From Eledone cirrhosa (Eukaryota), in the NCBI GenBank assembly GCA_964016885.1, contig OZ024740.1, forward strand, positions 319,982,001 through 320,046,000: 64,000 bases of DNA, given 5' to 3'. Each line of letters opens with the position of its first letter. Within the stretch, counting starts at the first letter, position 1. Under the pieces are notes generated by a model. That model saw only the letters and a list, made by a program, of their open reading frames with translations, made no database searches and was not told the DNA's origin. This document shows, in pieces, positions 42,901-53,074 of the stretch. Both the position numbers and the translations under genes were made by a program.

Positions 42901-45900
42901 TAACCTAGGGCTAAACAACACTATTGATGGTAGCCTGGTCTTAAAAGGATCGTGATCGTAGGTTTACTGCTCACAAGTAACCTAGGGCTAAACAACACTA
43001 TTGATGGTCACGGCTGGTCTTAAAATGATCGTGATCGTAGGTTTACTGGTCACAAGTAAGCTAGGGCAAAACAACACTAATGATGGTCATGGCTGGTCTT
43101 AAAATGATCGTGATCGTAGGTTTACTGGTCACAAGTAACCTAGGGCAAAACAACACTAATGATGGTCATGGCTGGTCTTAAAATTATCGTGATCGTAGGT
43201 TTACTGGTCACAAGTAACCTAGGGCTAAACAACACTAATGATGGTCATGGCTGGTCTTAAAATGATCGTCAATCGTAGGTTTACTGGTCACAAATAACCT
43301 ATGGCTAAACAACACTATTGATGGTCATGGCTGGTCTTAAAATGATCGTAATCGTAGGTTTACTGGTCACAAGTAACCTAGCGCTAATCAACACTATTGA
43401 TGGCCATCGCTGGTCTTAAAATGATCGTGATCGTAGGCTTACTTGTCACAAGTAACCTAGGGCTAAACAACACTATTGATGGTCATGGCTGATCTTAAAA
43501 TGATCGCGATCGTAGGTTTACTGGTCACAAGTAACCTAGGGCTAAACAACACTATTGATGGTCATGGCTGGTCTTAAAATAATCGTGATCGTAGGTTTAC
43601 TGGTCACAAATAACCTAGGGCTAAACAACACTATTGATGGTCATGGCTGGTCTTAAAATGATGGTGATCGTAGGTTTACAGGTCACAACTAACCTAGGGC
43701 TAAACAACACTATTGATGGTAGCCTGGTCTTAAAATGATCGTGATCGTAGGTTTACTGATCACAAGTAACCTAGGGCTAAACAACACTATTGATGGTCAT
43801 GGCTGGTCTTAAAATGATCGTGATCGTAGGTTTACTGGTCACAAGTAACCTAGGGCTAAACAACACTATTGATGGTCATGGCTGGTCTTAAAATGATCGT
43901 GATCGTAGGTTTACTGGTCACAAGTAACCTATTGCTAAACAACACTATTGATGGTAGGCTGATCTTAAAAGGATCGTGATCTTAGGTTTACTGGTCACAA
44001 GTAACCTAGGGCTAAACAATACTATTGATGGTCATGGCTGGTCTTAAAATGATCGTGATCGTAGGTTTACTGGTCACAAGTAACCTAGGGCTACACAATA
44101 CTATTGATGGTCATGGCTGGTCTTAAAAGGATCGTGATCGTAGGTTTACTGGTCACAAGTAACCTAGGGCTAAACAACACTATTGATGGTAGCCTGGTCT
44201 TAAAAGGATCGTGATCGTAGGTTTACTGGTCACAAGTAACCTAGGGCTAAACAACACTATTGATGGTCACGGCTGGTCTTAAAATGATCGTGATCGTAGG
44301 TTTACTGGTCACAAGTAAGCTAGGGCAAAACAACACTAATGATGGTCATGGCTGGTCTTAAAATTATCGTGATCGTAGGTTTACTGGTCACAAGTAACCT
44401 AGGGCTAAACAACACTAATGATGGTCATGGCTGGTCTTAAAATGATCGTCAATCGTAGGTTTACTGGTCACAAATAACCTATGGCTAAACAACACTATTG
44501 ATGGTCATGGCTGGTCTTAAAATGATCGTAATCGTAGGTTTACTGGTCACAAGTAACCTAGCGCTAATCAACACTATTGATGGCCATCGCTGGTCTTAAA
44601 ATGATCGTGATCGTAGGCTTACTTGTCACAAGTAACCTAGGGCTAAACAACACTATTGATGGTCATGGCTGATCTTAAAATGATCGCGATCGTAGGTTTA
44701 CTGGTCACAAGTAACCTAGGGCTAAACAACACTATTGATGGTCATGGCTGGTCTTAAAATAATCGTGATCGTAGGTTTACTGGTCACAAATAACCTAGGG
44801 CTAAACAACACTATTGATGGTCATGGCTGGTCTTAAAATGATGGTGATCGTAGGTTTACAGGTCACAACTAACCTAGGGCTAAACAACACTATTGATGGT
44901 AGCCTGGTCTTAAAAGGATCGTGATCGTAGGTTTACTGGTCACAAGTAACCTAGGGCTAAACAATACTATTGATGGTCATGGCTGGTCTTAAAAGGATCG
45001 TGATCGTAGGTTTACTGGTCACAAGTAACCTAGGGTTAAACAATACTATTGATGGTCATGGCGGGTCTTAAAATGATCGTGATCGTAGGTTTACTGGTCA
45101 CAAATAACCTAGGGCTAAACAACACTATTGATGGTCATGGCTGGTCTTAAAATTATCGTGATCGTAGGTTTACTGGTCACAAGTAACCTAGGGCTAAACA
45201 ACACTATTGATGGTCATGGCTGGTCTTAAAATGATCGTGATCGTAGGTTTACTGATCACAAGTAACCTAGGGCTAAACAACACTATTGATGGTCATGGCT
45301 GGTCTTAAAATGATCGTGATCGTAGGTTTACTGGTCACAAGTAACCTAGGGCTAAACAACACTATTGATGGTCATGGCTGGTCTTAAAATGATCGTGATC
45401 GTAGGTTTACTGGTCACAAGTAACCTAGGGCTAAACAACACTATTGATGGTAGGCTGATCTTAAAAGGATCGTGATCTTAGGTTTACTGGTCACAAGTAA
45501 CCTAGGGCTAAACAATACTATTGATGGTCATGGCTGGTCTTAAAATGATCGTGATCGTAGGTTTACTGGTCACAAGTAACCAAGGGCTACACAATACTAT
45601 TGATGGTCATGGCTGGTCTTAAAAGGATCGTGATCGTAGGTTTACTGGTCACAAGTAACCTAGGGCTAAACAACACTATTGATGGTCATGGCTGGTCTTA
45701 AAATGATCGTGATCGTAGGTTTACTGATCGCAAGTAACCTAGGGCTAAACAACACTATTGTTGGTCATGGCTGGTCTTAAAATGATCGTGATCGTAGGTT
45801 TACTGGTCACAAGTAACCTAGGGCTAAACAACACTATTGATCGTCATGGCTGGTCTTAAAATGATCGTGATCGTAGGTTTACTGGTCACAAGTAACCTAG

Positions 45901-46130
45901 GCCTAAATAACACTATTGATGGTAGGCTGATCTTAAAAGGATCGTGATCTTAGGTTTACTGGTCACAAGTAACCTAGGGCTAAACAATACTATTGATGGT
46001 CATGGCTGGTCTTAAAAGGATCGTGATCGTAGGTTTACTGGTCACAAGTAACCTAGGGCTAAACAACACTATTGATGGTGATGGCTGGTCTTAAAATGAT
46101 CGTGATCGTAGATTTACTGGTCACAACTAC
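851..46130 (+). repeat. 79-bp tandem satellite array, about 45.3 kb, about 570 monomers, with higher-order repeats
   Basis: Consensus CTATTGATGGTCATGGCTGGTCTTAAAATGATCGTGATCGTAGGTTTACTGGTCACAAGTAACCTAGGGCTAAACAACA. Variants: 80 bp (TTTAAAGGGTCAC; period 80 at 1741/1821/1901), 73 bp (single GATCGT), 77 bp (GGTAGCCTAGTC). All head-to-tail in one orientation; I saw no insertion. Confidence 0.98.
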
Positions 46131-47841
46131 CTCCGCTGCCACAGTCATCATCCCCACGACAACCATCACCACTACCACCACAACCACCGCAACCATCACC
46201 ACTACCACCATAAACATCACAATTATCACCATCACCGCCACAACCAGCACCAACACCGCTTCCACCAACACTATCATCATTAACTCCGCCGCCACCTCCA
46301 CCACCACAGCCATTACAACCACCACTACCACCACAAACATAACCATCGCCACCCCCAACGCCGCCACCACAATCACTACCTCCACAACTATCACCCTCCC
46401 CACCAACATCACCACCATCACCACAACCATCACAATCATCACCATCACCGCCACCGCCAATACCACCACCACTACCACCACCACAAACATTATCACCATC
46501 ACTGCCGCCGCCACCACAACCATCCCCACCACCACCACTACCGCCACCACCACCACCACCGCCACCACCACACTTCACCATCACCAGCATTACCGCCGCC
46601 ACCGCCGCCACCAGCACAAACCAACACAGCAGCCACCGCCGCTACCACCACAACTAGCACCACCACCACAACCATCAGCATCAACAGCACCACTGCCACC
46701 ACCATCACCATCACCACCATCAACATAACCACCACCATCAATATCATCACCAGCAGAACAGCCACACCAGCCAACACCTGCACCAGCACCACCACCACCA
46801 ACACCATCATCACAAACCATCACAGCCGCCACTGCCAGCACCAGCACCAGCACCATCACCACCACCACAGCCGCCACCATTACAATCATCACAAACCACC
46901 ACAGCCGCCACCATCGCCACCACCACCATCACCATCATCACAAACCATCACAGCCGCTACTGCCAGCACCAGCACCACCACCAGCACCACCACTACAGCC
47001 GCCACAGTCGCCACAACCATCACAATCATCACAAACCACCACCACCACCACCACCACCACCACCACCACCACCACCATCATCACATACCACCACAGCCGC
47101 CACCACCAGCAACACCACCACAGCCGCCACCATCGCCACCACCACCATCACCATCACCATCATCACAAACCACCACAGCCGCCACCACCAGCACCATCAC
47201 CACAGCCGCCACCATCGCCACCACCACCACCACTATCACCATCATCACAAACCACCACAGCCGCCACCACCATCACCACCACCATCATCATCACCATCAT
47301 CACAAACCACCACAGCCGCCACCACCAGCACCACCACCACAGCCGCCACCATCACCACCACCATCACCACCACCATCACCACCACCATCACCACCACCAT
47401 CACCATCACCATCATCACAAACAAACCACAGCCGCCACCACCAGTACCACCACCACAGCCGCCACCACCAGCACCACCACCACAGCCGCCACCATCGCCA
47501 CCACCACCATCACCATCACCATCATCACAAACCACCACAGCCGCCACCACCAGCACCACCACCACAGCCGCCACCATCGCCACCACCACATCACCATCAC
47601 CATCATCACAAACCACCACAGCCGCCACCACCAGCACCATCACCACAGCCGCCTCCACTAGCACCATCACCACAGCCGCCTCCACCAGCACCACCACCAC
47701 AGCCGCCACCATCGCCACCATTACCATCACCATCACCATCATCACAAACCACCACAGCCGCCTACACCACCACCACCACAGCCGCCACCATCACCACCAC
47801 CATCACCATCACCATCATCACAAACCACCACAGCCGCCACC

Positions 47842-47874
<33 letters not shown>

Positions 47875-48045
47875 ACCATCACCATCATCACAAACCACCA
47901 CCAGCACCACCACCACCACCACCACCATCACCATCACCATCACCATCATCACAAACCACCACAGCCGCCACCACCAGCACCACCACCGCAGCCGCCGCCA
48001 CCACCACCACCAGCACCACCACCGCCAGCGCCGCCGCCGCCACCA
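46131..48045. repeat. CAC-rich low-complexity tract with degenerate minisatellite (anchor CATCATCACAAACCACCACAGCCGCCACCA, about 46805-47990)
   Basis: Trinucleotide-derived sequence with the same strand bias as the tract at 1-728. The anchor recurs many times at variable spacing. Confidence 0.9.
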
Positions 48046-48131
48046 TCAAGCAAGCTTTCAGACAGCTGAGTGACAACCATCTACGAAATTATGAAATGGC
48101 GCCAAGGCAACAACTCAGCTGAGAGCTAATT

Positions 48132-48211
48132 ACACCACCACCACCACCGCCACCAGCCTCCTCTTCTTCCTACATCTTTAACAACAACAACAACTAGAAC
48201 AACAACTACAA

Positions 48212-48242
<31 letters not shown>

Positions 48243-48320
48243 CACAGCATTAACTGCAGCAACAACAACAACCACTAGAGTTACCAACAATCATCCCAAC
48301 TTCCCCGACATCACCACAAC
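48132..48320. repeat. (CAC)n/(CAA)n/(CAG)n low-complexity tract
   Basis: Direct inspection. Confidence 0.8.
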
Positions 48321-48361
48321 CTTTCTTTACCATAACGGCATTAAGCACTACTTTGTTTTTG

Positions 48362-48512
<151 letters not shown>

Positions 48513-48730
48513 AGAAGTTTTTTTTTTCTCGAAAATTGAACGCATTCCTTTTAATGCACCGACACGATTTAATACACGCTAGTACATACACACTAACATT
48601 CACACGCGCACAGACAGACACCATGATATATATATATATATATATACTATATTATATTTTGAGAATAAACTCTCAGTCGTTTACAATAATTCAGCTCTAA
48701 GAAAAGGGGCATTTCCGAGCAGTTAAATAC

Positions 48731-49216
48731 ATTAAAATATATGATAAACACAAAACGTGCTTGCATTATAGTATATTGCTCCTTAACTGTAGAGCTGATC
48801 TTTAATCCCGCATAAACGGTTGTTATTTCTAGCACCGGGAATGCGGGACGGCTAATTTGGCCTGGCTGCACACGTGTAGTCAGACCTGCTAAATTTTTGA
48901 TGTGGAATATACTAATTTTACTGGGTTCCTGTTGATAAGCACAGAAGATTTGGATATTTCACTTTTTATTTCAATTCCATTTCGATTCTCTTTATTTTTC
49001 AATTCACGTACCACCGTTGCGAAACATATTTAGGTTTCGAGGTTCAAATTCATCTACGGAGCAGGTTTGGATTTTGAAATTTAAATTTGTCCAACCTTGT
49101 CTTTATTGACTTATATCGAGACAGACAAATTGTATTCACTTTAATTAGTTTATTTCATTAATAGCTAACTTTGTCTGTTGCAATGCAAACACGTTTTGTG
49201 TTTATCATATATTTTA

Positions 49217-49218
<2 letters not shown>
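48731..49218. mobile_element. Putative MITE / non-autonomous DNA element bounded by 37-bp inverted repeats
   Basis: 48731-48767 ATTAAAATATATGATAAACACAAAACGTGCTTGCATT is the reverse complement of 49182-49218 at 36/37 positions. No credible ORF lies inside. (TA)n tracts lie nearby on both sides. Confidence 0.55.
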
Positions 49219-49295
<77 letters not shown>

Positions 49296-49380
49296 GAGAG
49301 AGAGAGTAAGAGGAGTAGAGAGAAAGGTGGAGAGAGAAATGGGGAGAGAGATGGGGAGAGGGATATATATATAGATAGAT
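49217..49380. repeat. Compound microsatellite (TA)n(TG)n(GA)-rich ending in ATAGATAGAT
   Basis: Direct inspection; it abuts the LINE 3' end. Confidence 0.9.
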
Positions 49381-49614
49381 TTCTTTATTAGCCACAAGGG
49401 CGCAACAAGAAAAGGGGACAATACAAAGACATGCCGGGGATTTTACATACAGTCGTGTAAAAAATATAAAAACAAACAATTTCAACAATCGAAAACCCCA
49501 ATAGGGAGTAGGCGCCACAAATGGGTTGTTTAATACCCCGTCGATAGAACAACACTCAACTCCAGGGGCGTGTTATGCAAGTGCTCCTTTCTTCCTTTTG
49601 CTCTCTTCCTCAAC

Positions 49615-52600
49615 CTACAGGCTTATAAACAGAGAAGGCCCAATCACTCGGGCCATTTTCGCTTCATTCACCCACCTTTCAGTAAATTTACTGGGGTGCA
49701 ATGCCTCTCTCTCCACCCTGATTCTCCTTCTAAAGTGATACTTAAAGAAGGGAATCAATTGTTGTCCGGAGAGAAAGGCATCTGTCCTCAGTCCTCTCAA
49801 CCTCGTCCACCATATAACTTCTTTCACCATAGCCACCGTACAGAGGAAAACCGCCTCTCTTTCGTTTATGAAAGAGTCTGGCGGTTTGATCCTTACTATG
49901 GACTCGGCAGTCAACTGGATTTGTCCCATACGCGACAGCAGTTGTTCTGCATAGTTCCACAGGCCGCTTACGCCCGGGCAGTGTACAATTGCGTGCAGAA
50001 CTGTTTCAATGTCCTGCGCACATCTTGGACACGTCCTCTTCGAAGGATCCCTGCCAGGGCGTCCGTGCCTGTAGATCTTGTCACGAACTGGTAGAGCTCC
50101 TCGGTAGCACTGTCAGGCCAGGGACCTCTGGAAGTTGTCCATAGGTCCCGAACGGAAAGTCCTACCAAACAGACTAGTGAGCTCATCGTCTTCGACGCCC
50201 AGAGTCTCTCCGAGCACGTCGTCGCCCTTGTAACGTACAATCCCTCTATAGAATGTCGAAGTGGAGTCTCCACTGATTGCTGCGCCCGCTTGCAAGAGGA
50301 CTGTGAGCGCCTGGGCGCATTCAATGTGCCAGGCGCCCATCGTTTTCGGTCTTTTCTTCACCCAGGACTGCAGCTCCGTTAGCGAGACGAGCTGTGGGAA
50401 AGCCTGTCTCACAAACGGTGCCCACACCGGTTGGGGGTCGGTGAGGAATACCTGGAGATACCGCAGCCTCAGCGCATGTTTGCGCATCATCAGCCACGGC
50501 ATTCCCAGCCCTCCGTTGGAAGGGTGTTGACAGCAGACGGATCTCCTCACCAGCGGAGCCTGCTTCTTCCACAGAAACTGGAAGAGCATGCGTTCCATCT
50601 TGGCGAGGCGTTCACGGGGACAAGGCACGACAGTCAAGCGGTAGTAGATGACGGACGCTATGAAAGTGTTCGCCACCTCCGCTCGACCTTTCAAGGACAG
50701 TTTGCACTCTGCCCACTTCTGAGTGAGTGCAAAAACCTTGGCCGTGACCTCGTTCCAGTTTTTCTCCACCTGGAGGTCTGGACCGAACCAGACCCCGAGC
50801 AATTTCACCGGTCCGTCCGTCCAGCGTCCAACGACGCTGTCGGATGTCATCGGTTTGCCTCTCCACGTACCGAGCTGCAAACCGACAGACTTGTCTGGGT
50901 TTAGTTTTGCTCCCGTCAGCGTTTCGTATTCTTTCAGTAAGTTGCCGATCACCCCGATTTCCGAGGTGCTCGACACCATTACCGTTACGTCGTCGGCATA
51001 AGCCGACGCCGCTTTGCGCAGTCCCGGTTCTAGGGGGATGCCCTGCAACAGCTCCAATTTCCGCAGTAGTGGCTCCAGAGTCAATACATACAGAATGGAG
51101 GAGAGGGGGCATCCCTGTCGAATGGAACGCGTTATTGCGAACGGCTCCGATAGGTAGCCGTTCACCTTGACCCTCGAGCAGATGCTGGTGTGCATCGCCT
51201 CGATCCATCCTCTGAACACGGGACCGAAACTGGCCGCCTTGAGAACCGCTTCCAAGTATCGATGGTCGACCCTATCGAATGCCTTAGACTGATCCAAGTT
51301 GATCAGAGCCCCACCGAAGCCGCGTTTACTACCCACCCTCTCTATGATGTATCGCATGAGGTGGAGGTTGTCGTGTATGGACCTGGTCGGGATTGCACAC
51401 GTTTGCGCTTTCCCTACCAGGTTCTCGACGACAAGCGCCAACCTCGTCGCTAGCACCTTGGCCAAAATCTTTAACTCTGTGTTGAGCAGAGTTATGGGCC
51501 TGAAGTTGTTAATTTCGTCCCCCTTGTTCTCGTCTTTCCTGATCAGCCTTACTACGCCCTTGCCTGCAGAACTGGGAATTCTCCCGTTCTGCTGCCAATT
51601 GCAGTAGACGGCATGCCTATGTAATATTCGTAGGGTAGACCATCTAGACCGGGTGACTTGCGTTTCCCGCAGCGGCCCAGAGTGTCCCGTATCTCAGTGT
51701 CCGTGATCGGTCTTTCGCAGAACTCGGCGTCCGTGTTCGAGAGACGCGGCAGGCCGTCGAGGTATGAACTAAAGTCCATTGCCCCGTTCGGCTCACCGTC
51801 GTTCTGCTCAAACAGTCGCGCAAAGTGCCGCTGAAAGGCCGCGCACATTTGCTTGGGGTCAAGTAGCACGCGTCCGTTTTGGTCTTTCAAAGACCGAATC
51901 GTGGACTTGTTGCCACTTTTTGCCTCCGCCACTCGGGCCCAGCTGACAGCTTTCGCTCCTTCGTTTCCTAGAGCACGTGTTTTGCTTCTGACCACGCAGC
52001 CTTCGTGTTTCGCATCGAAGAACTGGTCCAGTGCCGTTCTCGACGCTAACACTCTAGCCGCGTTGCCACTTCTAAGTGCCTCCTCTACCTTGGCTACTAG
52101 TTCTCTTTCTATTCTGTTTTTCTCTAAGGCTAACTCTCTGCTATACCCTATCGATTCTATTCTAATTGCTTTCTTGAGAGTGTACTACCATCTATTGTTG
52201 ACGATGGCTCCCGTTAACTGTTGCTTGACTAGTCTACTTATCTGTTCACTGTAAGCTTTACGTGCCGGCAACGACACGTTCAGCTTCCAGTATCCGGGAC
52301 CCTATCTATGTATTCTATCACGGTTGACTAAGCAGACGACTAACTTGTGATCTGAATAAGCAACCATGTGCATTCGTGGACAGCTTAACATCTCTTTGTC
52401 CCTTTCTCTAATGAAGAACCTATCTAAATACGATCTAGATGTCCCACTGCGGTTTACCCACGTCCACTGTGGTGCAGTCGGGAAATCCAGTCGATACCTA
52501 TCGGCCAGTTGGAATTGGCCGATTAAAGTTTTGAGGCTGTTGCACCCCGCTCTACTGGGACATGCTCCCACATAGTCCCATCGTGCATCTAGGATACCAT

Positions 52601-53033
52601 TCCAGTCCCCCACTAAAAGTAAGGAGCGAGACGTTCCCAGAAAAGACTCTAGACGCTTAATGAAGTCTGGCCGTGATTGCGATTGCCCGGTCGGGGCATA
52701 AACGGCCACCAGTCTGAAGGCTCCACCTCCGATACTGTTCACGTCTAGGACTACCAGTCTACCCTCCGGGTCCAAGTGTACTTGCTGTACTCCGACGTCC
52801 AGGTTCTTCCGAAACATAACAGCCACTCCACCTCCACCTCCTGGCTGACAGAGAGATGCGTAGATCTCAAAGTCGTCGAAGATGGGGGTTAGTTGCTGCC
52901 TGTTGTGGATCCTGGACTCGGTGATGGCTATCACATCCATACTGTGTGACCTAAGGTCGTTTAAAAGTTGGCCCTGTTTCCAGGGCATCCCTAGGCCACG
53001 CACATTCACGGTTCCAACTCGTAAACCAGCCAT
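49615..53033 (-). pseudogene. LINE ORF2 (AP endonuclease, reverse transcriptase, zinc-binding C-terminus), disrupted
   Basis: APE 52302-53033 (TVNVRGL, ITES, YAP, GDWN, YLDRFF, SDHKLV). In-frame TAG at 52302-52304 and 52185-52187. Frameshifting lesion near 51605-51615. RT 50113-51600 with YADD at 50989-51000. In-frame TGA at 50113-50115, then CPRC..ETVLHAIVHC in the same frame to the stop at 49615. Confidence 0.93.
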
Positions 53034-53074
53034 GTTGGTGAAGAAAAGTTGGAGAAAAAGGACGAAAGGTGCAC

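Noticed and set aside
851-46130. CRISPR array or coding tandem repeat
   Set aside because: There are no unique spacers (whole monomers repeat), no cas genes, and the context is eukaryotic. The 79-bp unit is not a multiple of 3 and the ORF track is empty over the array.
851-46130. Ribozyme-bearing satellite (hammerhead as in newt satellite 2; twister because GGTCACAAG resembles GGTCCCAAG)
   Set aside because: The consensus has no CTGANGA/GAAA core on either strand. The twister loop length, P1/P2 and the GAGGG-type segment could not be fitted by eye. An Infernal search would be the decisive test.
851-46130. Telomere-derived repeat (TAACCTAGGG / TAGGGTTA)
   Set aside because: Only one degenerate hexamer per monomer and no tandem TTAGGG. 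The motif is better explained as the hairpin arm.
46059-48076. Mucin-like Thr-rich or Val/Gly-rich ORFs
   Set aside because: Open frames on both strands are the expected by-product of (CAC)n sequence. One ORF starts inside the satellite, and there is no domain or splice evidence.
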